Below are positions 24,444 to 33,628 of a stretch of DNA of 64,000 bases, in pieces. This DNA is from Mycobacterium phage prophiT36-1. Below the pieces are notes generated by a model. That model made no database searches, was not told where the DNA came from, and saw only the letters and a list, made by a program, of their open reading frames with translations. The stretch lies in the sequence record OQ417966.1. One strand, given 5' to 3'. The translations under genes and the position numbers were made by a program. Each line of letters opens with the position of its first letter. The stretch's first letter is position 1.

Positions 24444-25670
24444 GTGCCCGAATACACGCAGCTTGCCGTCGATGACCTGTACACCTTCAAAGGCAACCCG
24501 CGCCGCGGTGATGTCAGCCAGATCGCCGTGTCGTTGACCAAGCACGGCCAGTACCGGCCGATCGTGGTTAACCGGGGCAGCCAGACTGGCCGCCGCAACG
24601 AGGTGCTGGCCGGGAACCACACGTTGATGGCTGCACGGTCGCTCGGCTGGACCACGATTGATGTCGGGATAGTGGATGTCGACGAGGACACCGCGCGCTC
24701 GATCGTGGCGGCCGATAACCGGCTGGCCGACCTGGGTGAGTACGACACCTCCGACCTGTATCAGCTGTTGTCGTCGATCGAGGACTTGGGCGGAACCGGT
24801 TACGGGCTCGAGGATTTGTTGGCGATGGAGCGTGATCTGTTCCCGCCGGAGCCGCTGACCGATCCGGATGATGTTCCGCCGGCGCCGGAGTTGCCGGTGT
24901 CGCGGCCGGGTCAGTTGTGGTCGTTGGGGGAGCATCGGCTGCTGGTCGGATCGGCGACCGATCTGGAGGGTGTGCGGGCGCTGTGTGGTGACGTGCAGCC
25001 GGATTGCGTGTGGACCGATCCGCCCTATGGCGTTGACTATGTGGGGAAGACGAAGGCGGCGTTGCGGATCCAAAACGACGTGACTGGTGGGCTGTTCGAG
25101 TTGCTGAAGGCGGCGTTCGATGTGGTGGCCGCGGTGGCCCGGCCGGGCGCCCCGGTGTACGTGGCTCACGCCGACACCGAGCGCACAACGTTCGAGTCCG
25201 CGATGGAAAGCGCCGGGCTGCAAGTGCGACAGAACCTGGTGTGGGTGAAGAACATGATGGCCCTTGGCCGTTCGGACTACCAGTACCGGCACGAGCCCAT
25301 CCTGTACGGGTTCGCCCCGGGCGGCGAGGGCCGATTGGGTCGCGGCGGCGAGCGCTGGTTCGGCGACAACAAGTCCACCACGGTGTTTGAGGTGGACAAG
25401 CCTGCCCGCAACGCCGAACACCCGACGATGAAGCCCGTCGCGCTGATCGAGGCGATGCTGGCCAACAGTCTGCGTCCGGGCGGCGTGGTGCTGGACCCGT
25501 TCTCCGGCTCGGGGTCCACGCTGATTGCCGCCCATGGCCGTCTGTCCCGTTGCTTCGGTGTGGAATTGGACCCCCGGTATGCTGACGTGATCTTGCGGCG
25601 GTTCGAAGAGCACACGGGCATCGTGCCGGACCTCGACGGCGAGCCGGTGTCGTTCGCGGGCGCAGCCTGA
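24444..25670 (+). CDS. ParB-like nuclease domain / DNA methyltransferase fusion (beta-class N6-adenine or N4-cytosine MTase)
   Basis: N-terminal ParB/Srx motif VLAGNHTLMAARSLG; MTase motif IV DPPYG (VWTDPPYGVDY) precedes motif I DPFSGSGST. Confidence 0.85.
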   Translation: MPEYTQLAVDDLYTFKGNPRRGDVSQIAVSLTKHGQYRPIVVNRGSQTGRRNEVLAGNHTLMAARSLGWTTIDVGIVDVDEDTARSIVAADNRLADLGEYDTSDLYQLLSSIEDLGGTGYGLEDLLAMERDLFPPEPLTDPDDVPPAPELPVSRPGQLWSLGEHRLLVGSATDLEGVRALCGDVQPDCVWTDPPYGVDYVGKTKAALRIQNDVTGGLFELLKAAFDVVAAVARPGAPVYVAHADTERTTFESAMESAGLQVRQNLVWVKNMMALGRSDYQYRHEPILYGFAPGGEGRLGRGGERWFGDNKSTTVFEVDKPARNAEHPTMKPVALIEAMLANSLRPGGVVLDPFSGSGSTLIAAHGRLSRCFGVELDPRYADVILRRFEEHTGIVPDLDGEPVSFAGAA

Positions 25671-25674
25671 CTTC

Positions 25675-27204
25675 ATGTCTGCGGTGTTGAGTTTGGCGGC
25701 TGCCCGGTATGTGCGGGTGGCACGCGCCCGCCGACGGCCGGGGAGCCCTGCTGAGTTGGCGCGCCGGCTCGACACGAAGTTCCGTGTTACACCGACGATC
25801 CGGCTGCTGTCGGACCTCGCGGTGCGATCGGTCAGGGAGCCGGATCAGCGAGATGTTGTCAGCACTCCGCCGCGGACGGGGAAGTCGCAGTCGCTGGCGA
25901 TCTGGACGCCCGCCTGGGCGTTGGGCGAAAACCCGGATCTGAAGATTGTGATCGTGTCGTACTCGGATGAGTTGGCGCAGACGCATTCTCGTGAGGTCCG
26001 CAAGATCATCAACGAGCACGCCGAGTTCCTGGGCTACCGGCTGGCGCGCGATAAGACGTCGGTGGGTCAGTGGCGGGTGGAGGGCCACCAGGGTGGCGTG
26101 CTGGCCACCGGTATCAACTCGGGTGTGACGGGTTTCGGTGCCGACCTGATGATCATCGACGACCCGGTCAAGGATGCGGCGGAAGCCGACTCGAAGGCGC
26201 ATCGGCGGCGTGTGCTCAACGAGTACCAATCGACGTTGTCGACGCGTGTGCACCCGGGCTGCTCCGTCGTAGTGGTGATGACGCGCTGGCATGAGGAGGA
26301 TTTGGCCGGCGCGCTGCTGAAGCAGGAGCCGGATCGGTGGCGGCGCACCAACATCCCTGCCGTCTCGGACCCGAAGATCCCCGACGCGCTCTGTCGGCCT
26401 GCTGGAGTGGCGATGATCAGCGCGTTGGGCTTCACGGCCGAGCATTTCGCGGCGACACGGCGCACCGTGGGGGAACGGGTGTGGTTCGCACTGTATTGCG
26501 GCGAGCCCACGGCACCAGCCGGCGGGCTGGTCAAGCAGAAATGGCTCGATGATGGGCGGCTCCTACTCGCGCCGTCGCGGCCGGTGTTCACTGTGGTGGC
26601 GGTAGACCCATCCGATAGCGGGTCGGGCGACTCGTGCGGTTTGGTCGCGACATCGCTCACCGGGCAGGGCGTGGTGGCGTTGATCGCCGACAAGTCCAAG
26701 CCGATGACATCAGACGAGTGGGCGCGTGAGTCCGTGCAGTTGGCGATCGACGTGGGGGCCAGCGAGATCGCGGTAGAAGGATTCGCGGCCCGCGAGACCT
26801 ACACGCGGGTGGTCAAGGAAGCGATCACCCGCGCTGAAGAGAACGGCGCACTGAACCGGCCGATCACGGTGTCGTCGTGGCCGCCGAAGGGCCGACCGCG
26901 CGTAGGCGATGCGGTAGCCCGCTCGGCCGCGCTGCTGCAGGCATTGGAGGTCGGGACGTGCCGCCTAGCCGGGCATTTCCCCGAGTTCGAGACAAAGGCG
27001 GTCGCATGGCAGGCTGGCCAGCACCAGCCGGACAGCCTGGCAGCGTTGGTGATTGGACACGATGTCTGCGTGCACTCGGCCGGGTTGGAGTGGGACATCT
27101 CAGCGCCGCTGGTCGACGGCGCACTCGGCCCGACTGCTCGCACTGCTGGCCCCACTGGTTCGGTAGTGGACCTCACCGATTGGATGTCACGCAAGATCAG
27201 CTGA
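25675..27204 (+). CDS. terL: Terminase large subunit
   Basis: Walker A VVSTPPRTGKSQS, Walker B DLMIIDDP; followed by the portal gene. Confidence 0.85.
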   Translation: MSAVLSLAAARYVRVARARRRPGSPAELARRLDTKFRVTPTIRLLSDLAVRSVREPDQRDVVSTPPRTGKSQSLAIWTPAWALGENPDLKIVIVSYSDELAQTHSREVRKIINEHAEFLGYRLARDKTSVGQWRVEGHQGGVLATGINSGVTGFGADLMIIDDPVKDAAEADSKAHRRRVLNEYQSTLSTRVHPGCSVVVVMTRWHEEDLAGALLKQEPDRWRRTNIPAVSDPKIPDALCRPAGVAMISALGFTAEHFAATRRTVGERVWFALYCGEPTAPAGGLVKQKWLDDGRLLLAPSRPVFTVVAVDPSDSGSGDSCGLVATSLTGQGVVALIADKSKPMTSDEWARESVQLAIDVGASEIAVEGFAARETYTRVVKEAITRAEENGALNRPITVSSWPPKGRPRVGDAVARSAALLQALEVGTCRLAGHFPEFETKAVAWQAGQHQPDSLAALVIGHDVCVHSAGLEWDISAPLVDGALGPTARTAGPTGSVVDLTDWMSRKIS

Positions 27205-27244
27205 AGCTCCTGGCCTTGAGGGTTGACCGTGAGATGCTCGTGGC

Positions 27245-27553
27245 GTGGATGCGGACAACACGGAGAAGGTTGCAGTACAGGATCTCGTCGAGGGAGATGT
27301 GGTTCTGCATCCCGAGCGCCATATGTGGATGCGGGTCATCGGTATCTTCGACGGACCGGAGACCGTTCACCGGTATGAGCAGGGCAAGGAACCAACTGAG
27401 ACACGCAGGTTACACCGGCAGCTCAAGATGGACCCGATCCACCGCCTAGAGGTCGAAACGCCAACGCCGTTCTACCTCGACTACCGAGACGCGGGTGTAT
27501 TGGAGCTGATTACCCGATGGAGGGGCGGTGACCTGCCGTCGCAGCAGTTCTGA
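27245..27553 (+). CDS. hypothetical protein
   Basis: ORF between terL and portal. Confidence 0.4.
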   Translation: MDADNTEKVAVQDLVEGDVVLHPERHMWMRVIGIFDGPETVHRYEQGKEPTETRRLHRQLKMDPIHRLEVETPTPFYLDYRDAGVLELITRWRGGDLPSQQF

Positions 27554-27584
27554 CTCGTCACCGTGCGGGCGTACGTTCCTGGCC

Positions 27585-27839
27585 ATGGCCTCGGAAACCA
27601 TCGATGAACGTTTGGCGGCTCTGCCGGATGCGGCGCTGGGCTTCGCGCTCGGCGTGCGGGTGAGTAGCCCGCAGTCTGTGTCAAACGTTGGGCAGGTGTC
27701 GACGCTGATCGTCGAGTTGCAACGCCGCGGTGTCTACCAGGACATGCTGGCGGTGTTGGATCCTGAGTTGGCGGCGCGGATCGAGTTGTTGGACAGCGCA
27801 GATCGCGGCCAGCGCTGGGCCCGTACGGGCCGCAGGTGA
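27585..27839 (+). CDS. hypothetical protein
   Basis: ORF in array. Confidence 0.4.
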   Translation: MASETIDERLAALPDAALGFALGVRVSSPQSVSNVGQVSTLIVELQRRGVYQDMLAVLDPELAARIELLDSADRGQRWARTGRR

Positions 27840-27926
27840 CCCACATCACCTGCAACGTAACGGTTTAGGGTTTCGGCGCGTTCTGAATCGTGTGCCACTG
27901 GTCGGCCGGTTTACCGTGGCGATCAT

Positions 27927-28481
27927 GTGGTCGATGAACTCGATTCCGGTGCGCGCGGTTTGACGACGCCAGAGCGGTGGGAACCCGATACACAGATGGT
28001 TGCGGCGGTGCTTTCGTCCCCGAAATCGTTCCGCAAGATGACCGAGATGTGCGATCAGGACCGAGCCTGGCTCGTTGCTGGACTCACGGCCGCGGGTATG
28101 ACGGCCCAAGACATCGCTGCTCGAACTGGCTGCAGCTTGCGCCTCATCCGCGCGATCCGCGCCGAGGACATGACGCAGGCGTTCGTGGTCGCCCAGCGGG
28201 AGGCGCGCGAGGTCAGCGACGAACTGCGTTTGGAACGCATCGAACTCACGGCCACCCGACACGAGGCGGATCAGTCCAAGGCCGAAGCAGCGCGTCTGCG
28301 CACGCAGATAGATCAGCTTATCGATGCCCACCTGGCTGGCACGCTCACGTTGTTCCGTTGCGGGCACGCGCAAGTCAAGTACAACGTGTACGAGCACGGC
28401 GGCCGCAAGTTCTGCCGCGAATGCGCGCGACTACGCAAGCAGGAGCAGCGCAAATCTAAGCGTCTAACTGCGGTGTCCTAA
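27927..28481 (+). CDS. HTH plus coiled-coil plus C-terminal zinc-ribbon protein
   Basis: HTH MTAQDIAARTGCSLRLIRAIR; coiled-coil RLERIELTATRHEADQSKAEAARLRTQIDQL; C..H...C..C ribbon. Confidence 0.5.
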   Translation: MVDELDSGARGLTTPERWEPDTQMVAAVLSSPKSFRKMTEMCDQDRAWLVAGLTAAGMTAQDIAARTGCSLRLIRAIRAEDMTQAFVVAQREAREVSDELRLERIELTATRHEADQSKAEAARLRTQIDQLIDAHLAGTLTLFRCGHAQVKYNVYEHGGRKFCRECARLRKQEQRKSKRLTAVS

Positions 28482-28539
28482 TTCTGTAGGACAGTTTCAG
28501 CGGGATAGGTTTCACCCCTTGGCCTTAGCGTCGGCCACC

Positions 28540-28965
28540 ATGAACCTTGGTCTCGGACTCACCGTCCTGATCCTCGTCATCTACGTGCTCGCTGTGATGC
28601 GACTCGTGCGGCTGATCAACTACGACACCATCCTGGATCCTGTGCGGCTGTGGATCGCTCACCGCGCGAATCTGGCGATGATCGCCGCCGATGAGGCGCG
28701 AACGGCCGGCCATCCGGTCACCGCGCAATCGCACACCCGCCGGATGGCGCGCTGGAACCTGCTGGCCGAATTCATCGGATGCCCCTGGTGCGTGGGTTTT
28801 TGGCTGTCGCTGGCCGCCGCGGTGGTGCCAGTGCATGTGATCGGCTGGCCGTGGTGGGCTGTCTTCGGTGTGGCGCTGGCTTGTTCGTATGTCGTCGGGC
28901 TGGCCTCGCCGCTGACGGCCGACGAAATGGAGATCGTCAGCCGCGACGCGGACGCCGACCAGTAA
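28540..28965 (+). CDS. Integral membrane protein (4 TM)
   Basis: Hydrophobic helices GLGLTVLILVIYVLAVM, WCVGFWLSLAAAVVPVHVIGWPWWAVFGVALACSYVVGLA. Confidence 0.55.
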   Translation: MNLGLGLTVLILVIYVLAVMRLVRLINYDTILDPVRLWIAHRANLAMIAADEARTAGHPVTAQSHTRRMARWNLLAEFIGCPWCVGFWLSLAAAVVPVHVIGWPWWAVFGVALACSYVVGLASPLTADEMEIVSRDADADQ

Positions 28966-28992
28966 ACACCCTGCACAGTTACCGTCTGCGAC

Positions 28993-30894
28993 GTGGCCGC
29001 CCCAGACTTGCGTGTTGTTCGACGCCGTAGAGGCGACGCGTTGACGGCCTCTGCGCCGCGCGCCCTGATCGCAGCGAGCACCCCTGTAACCAACTCGGCC
29101 CAGATCTTCCAGGCCGGATCGGTCGGCCGCAGGAACAACTGGCAGGCCGAAGCCTGGGAGCTGTACCGGGCAGTCGGTGAGCTGCGCTACTACGTTGGAT
29201 GGCGGGCCAACTCATGCTCACGAGTCCGATTCGTTGCATCCGAAATCGACGCCGACACCGGTGAGCCAACCGGAAGCATCGCCGAGGACAACCGTGAGGG
29301 ACAACGGGTCACCGAGATCGTCCGCCAGATCGCCGGCGGCAGGCTAGGGCAGGCGCAGCTGACTCGACGTGCCGCCGAATCGTTGACGGTCCCGGGTGAG
29401 CTGTGGATCGCGATCCTGATGCGGACCGAGGGCACCGGCCCAAACCAGAGGCAGGTGGCCAAGTGGTACGCGGTCACGCGCAAAGAGATTGAACAAGGCC
29501 CGCGAAGCAACACCGTGACGATCAAGCTGCCTGACGGCACAAAGCACGTGTTCGATCAGAGCAAGGGCGACGGCATGTTCCGGGTGTGGAACCCCGACGC
29601 CGAAGACGCTTCACTGCCTGACTCGCCTGTGCAGGCGTGCTTGGACTCTCTGCGCGAGATCGTGCGCACCACGAAAAAGATCAAGAACGCGGACAACTCG
29701 CGCCTGCTGAACAACGGACTGCTGTTCGTGCCGTCGGAAGCGACATTGCCCGATCAGCAGTCGCCGGTTGCGGCCGATAAACCCGGCGACTCGGCTCCGC
29801 AGCTGCAACAGGGCCGCCGAGTCGCAGCTTCTCTGCAGCAGATGATCGTTCAGGTCGCCGAGACCGCATCCAAGGACGAGAACAGCATGGCCGCCCTGGT
29901 CCCGATTGTCGCGGCTGTGCCCGGCGATCACCTAGCGAAGATCAATCACCTTGAGTTCGGCAAGGACGTTACCGACACGGCGCTGAACACTCGGGAGAAG
30001 GCGATCGCCCGGCTAGCGACGGGGTTGGACATGTCCCGGGAGCGGCTGCTCGGTCTGAGTACTGGAAACCATTGGTCCGCATGGGCTATCGATGATCAGG
30101 ACGTGCAAGTGCACATCAAGCCCGTCATGGAAATCATCTGTCATGCCATCTACGAGTCGGTTCTTCGCGGGATGTTGATTGATGAGGGAATCGAACCTGA
30201 CAAATACATTCTCTGGTACGACGCATCGGCCCTGACGTCCGATCCGGATCTGACCGACGAGACAAAGGACGCGTTCGAGAAGGGCGCGGTTACAAGCGAA
30301 TACCTGGTACGGACCTATGGGATTCCTGATGACGCAATGTATGACTTCACCAATTTGGAGGGCTGGCAGCAGTGGGCGCAGGACAGGGTGAGTCAAGATC
30401 CCACGCTGCTGCGTGAACTGCTGCCGCTACTGGACAGTTCGGTGCAGGGCATCGAGTTCCCTGAGCCCGTTGCAGCGCTGCCACCCGGACAAGACGGCGG
30501 GGAAGATGACGCGTCGGGTGCTGAGCAGCAGCAGGAACCGGACACCGAGGACGACGGCAGCGGTGTGCAGGCCAGCGCGCGGGCCAACGTGGAACTTGCG
30601 GTGGTGGATCTGATGGTGGGCCGCGCTCTCGAGTTGGCCGGCAAGCGGCGCGTCCGCACGAATGATCGTGAGCAGCACGCGCGGCTCAAAGGCATCCCGA
30701 CGCACGAATATCACCGGTACATGGGCCCGGTCGATGAACCGGACGTGTCGCGGCTTATCAAGGGATGGGACAGCATCTTGAGTGATTCGGCGTTGTCGGG
30801 GCTGGGGATTGATCCGGAGCACGTTCGGGCGAGCGTGCTCAGGATCGCGCGGCAGAAACTCACCCGCGAAGTCGTCGACGGGCAGGTGCTCTGA
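28993..30894 (+). CDS. Portal protein
   Basis: 633-aa protein directly after terL and before the MuF-like gene; Asp/Glu-rich C-terminus; synteny-based call. Confidence 0.7.
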   Translation: MAAPDLRVVRRRRGDALTASAPRALIAASTPVTNSAQIFQAGSVGRRNNWQAEAWELYRAVGELRYYVGWRANSCSRVRFVASEIDADTGEPTGSIAEDNREGQRVTEIVRQIAGGRLGQAQLTRRAAESLTVPGELWIAILMRTEGTGPNQRQVAKWYAVTRKEIEQGPRSNTVTIKLPDGTKHVFDQSKGDGMFRVWNPDAEDASLPDSPVQACLDSLREIVRTTKKIKNADNSRLLNNGLLFVPSEATLPDQQSPVAADKPGDSAPQLQQGRRVAASLQQMIVQVAETASKDENSMAALVPIVAAVPGDHLAKINHLEFGKDVTDTALNTREKAIARLATGLDMSRERLLGLSTGNHWSAWAIDDQDVQVHIKPVMEIICHAIYESVLRGMLIDEGIEPDKYILWYDASALTSDPDLTDETKDAFEKGAVTSEYLVRTYGIPDDAMYDFTNLEGWQQWAQDRVSQDPTLLRELLPLLDSSVQGIEFPEPVAALPPGQDGGEDDASGAEQQQEPDTEDDGSGVQASARANVELAVVDLMVGRALELAGKRRVRTNDREQHARLKGIPTHEYHRYMGPVDEPDVSRLIKGWDSILSDSALSGLGIDPEHVRASVLRIARQKLTREVVDGQVL

Positions 30895-33251
30895 TGTGGC
30901 CTGAGCGTGGGGAGGCGCTGTCCCGGACGATCGAGGCCGAAGCAGCGATCAGCGACCTGTACGCAGAGACGTTGCGGCGCTGGGCACCCGAGGCGCGCGC
31001 CGCTGTGCTGCCCGCACTGACCGCGGCAGCTGCGTTACCCCCGGACCCTGACGCCGTCGCGCAGACCCAAAGCATGTGGGACCAGCACTCCGAAGCCATC
31101 ATCATGACCGGCCTCGGCATCTTGTGGGCGGCATCGGTGTACGAAGCCACGATCGGCCTGGGTGGCACGGTAGCCGACGTGGTCGTGCCCGACCTCGACA
31201 CCGTGGTGCTGGCCATCGTGCTCGGCTCGCTGCTCATGTCCGGCAAGGAAATCGCTGCCGCCGTCGCCCATGTCGAAGCTAACCCGGCGCTCGCCGCTGC
31301 GCGCGATGACTTCCTGGCCAGCCGCCGCGACAATATCGCGGCTACACCCGCGATGGTGCGCGCCAAGATGGAAGCCGCGCTCGCCGAGCCAGCGCTGACC
31401 TTGTCAGTGACCCCCGAGGACCGACCGGAGGTGTTGCGCGCCAGGGCTGCCGAAGTCCTGGAGCCGTCGTCAAACGAAATGCGTGACCTGGCCCGCCAGC
31501 GCGGGTACCAGGCCGCCGATGTGCTCAACAACGCGGTTGTCGCCGCTGCGGCGCAGTCGGAAGAGTCCGCAGGGCTGGAGAAGACGTGGATCTGCACTCT
31601 CGATGGCAAGACCCGGCCGTCGCATTGGGCCGCTGACGGGCAGCGAGTGCCGCTTAAGGGGCACTTCACCGTTGGCGGTGAGCAGCTGTTCGTCCCGGGC
31701 GATATGTCGGCTTCTCCCGCGGAGTGGAAGAACTGCCGGTGCCGCGTCGGCATTCTCGCGGCCGGCGAAGAGCTGCCGGACGAGGTCGATCGGCACACTG
31801 AGCGCCTCGACGGCCGGGATTCGGTGGCAGTCAACCGTGATGGGCGCGCCCAGGCAGAGGAAATTGAGCGCCGAGACAAGGCGGGCAATGTGCGTGCCCG
31901 TGACACCGAGGACGGTATCGGGCGCGTGGCGTCCGGCGGCTGGGCCGCATCGAGTGAACAGGAGTACGAAATGGCTGAAGACACAGGGACCTATTTGACG
32001 TTTACCGACGCGCTATTCGCGGTGACCGGTACTCCGACGTCGGATGGTCGGATGCTTGCAGCCGACATTGAGCTAGCCTTCCGCGACACCCCTATGCCGC
32101 TGCAGTGGTGCGAGAAAATGGAAGGCGGCCACTACGGGTCCGTCACCGTGGGAGTCATCGAGGCGATTCGGTTCAAAGACGGCGAGGTTCGTGCGGACGG
32201 CTACATGCTCAACAACGACAACGCCATCAAAGCGATCGACCTAGTGAGTCATGGTGTGTGCAATCCGTCCGTCGATCTGGGTGATGTCACGATGGTCGCC
32301 ACATACCAAGACGGCACAGTAGTGACAGAGGAAAACTACGACCCCGACCGCGAGATGTTCGCCACTACAACGGCTGCCGAAGTACTCGCCACCACCATCG
32401 TGGCCATCCCTGCATTCGGGCAGACAAGGATTGCCCTGAACGCCGAACGCGAGGCGCGCGACAAGGCACTGGTCGCGTCGATGGCCGCCAAATTCCAACC
32501 ACGCGTGTACGCCCCTGTCTTGTTCTCCGACCCCGGGCTCGCTGGACCCACTCCGCTGTCCATCGACCCCGAAACGGGGCGGATCTTCGGTCACGTCGCC
32601 ACCTTCAAAGAAAAGCATCGTTCCGTTGGCCTCGGACATATCTCGCCTCCGCGGTCGCACACCGGCTATGCGCACTTCCACTCCTCGCCACCGGTGCGCC
32701 TTTCCGATGGCACTGAACTATCGGTGGGTCGGCTGACCGTGGGCATCGGACACGCACCGGTGTCTGGAGTGAGCAACGCAGAAGCTCAGGCGCACTACGA
32801 CAACGCCGAGGCGTGCTTTGCGCTCGTACGAGCAGGCGAGGACGCGCACGGAATTTGGGTGTCGGGTGTCGCGGCTCCGTGGGCCACGCAGGAGAAGATC
32901 GAGATGGGCTTGGCTGCACCACTGTCGGGTGACTGGCGGCCCTACGGTGGTTCGCTGGAGCTTGTTGCCGTGCTGGCAGTCAACACACCAGGATTCCTGT
33001 GCCGCAGAACAACCGACTCACAAGGCAACCCGTTGTCGTTGGTGGCTTCCATGTCGCCGCGCACGGGAGCATCCGGCACTACAGCGCTGTCTCGCGATGA
33101 CATCAAGGCTGCCGTCACCGAAGCCTTGGCCGAATCCGCCCATGCTGCCAAGCGGGCCGCGCTGCTCACGCGTGCGACATTGGCCGTTGGGGATCTGCCG
33201 CGGGAGCCATCGCCGGCCGAGCGGATGAGCCAACTGCTGGAGCGTGCCTGA
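30894..33251 (+). CDS. Head morphogenesis MuF-like domain fused to putative capsid maturation protease
   Basis: MuF/SPP1-gp7 motif TWICTLDGKTRPSHWAADGQRVPLKGHF; large C-terminal extension at the prohead-protease position. Confidence 0.7.
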   Translation: MWPERGEALSRTIEAEAAISDLYAETLRRWAPEARAAVLPALTAAAALPPDPDAVAQTQSMWDQHSEAIIMTGLGILWAASVYEATIGLGGTVADVVVPDLDTVVLAIVLGSLLMSGKEIAAAVAHVEANPALAAARDDFLASRRDNIAATPAMVRAKMEAALAEPALTLSVTPEDRPEVLRARAAEVLEPSSNEMRDLARQRGYQAADVLNNAVVAAAAQSEESAGLEKTWICTLDGKTRPSHWAADGQRVPLKGHFTVGGEQLFVPGDMSASPAEWKNCRCRVGILAAGEELPDEVDRHTERLDGRDSVAVNRDGRAQAEEIERRDKAGNVRARDTEDGIGRVASGGWAASSEQEYEMAEDTGTYLTFTDALFAVTGTPTSDGRMLAADIELAFRDTPMPLQWCEKMEGGHYGSVTVGVIEAIRFKDGEVRADGYMLNNDNAIKAIDLVSHGVCNPSVDLGDVTMVATYQDGTVVTEENYDPDREMFATTTAAEVLATTIVAIPAFGQTRIALNAEREARDKALVASMAAKFQPRVYAPVLFSDPGLAGPTPLSIDPETGRIFGHVATFKEKHRSVGLGHISPPRSHTGYAHFHSSPPVRLSDGTELSVGRLTVGIGHAPVSGVSNAEAQAHYDNAEACFALVRAGEDAHGIWVSGVAAPWATQEKIEMGLAAPLSGDWRPYGGSLELVAVLAVNTPGFLCRRTTDSQGNPLSLVASMSPRTGASGTTALSRDDIKAAVTEALAESAHAAKRAALLTRATLAVGDLPREPSPAERMSQLLERA

Positions 33252-33628
33252 TGGGGTGCGGATGCCGCAGGGGCACACGCGCCGGTTCGGTCACGTCTTC
33301 CGGTGCGACGGTGCAGAGTTTCGAATACACCGCGCCAGATAAGACGGTCACTTCGTTCCTGACGCTCATCGAGGCCAAGAAGGAACAACGCCGAAATGGT
33401 GGCGGCACCATCAAGCTCATCACCAGCTGAGTTTCTTAAAGGCTGTTAACCGCAGAGGGATTCCCGCAGGTCTTTGACCTGCGGGTTTCTCTTTTGGTGG
33501 CTGCTACTCGAAAAGCGTGTGCACGCACCGTCTCTACGTTCTGCGGCCAAGAGAGTTCCTGTCATGCGCTATGTGCCGGGGAGCGATCGAACAGACCGAG
33601 AGTTTCACTCTGAGAACAGGAGCACGCA

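Noticed and set aside
24417-26445. Minus-strand ORFs of 452 and 625 aa opposite the ParB-MTase and terminase genes
   Set aside because: The plus-strand genes have unambiguous MTase and terminase motifs. The minus frames are Arg/Pro-rich antisense artefacts.
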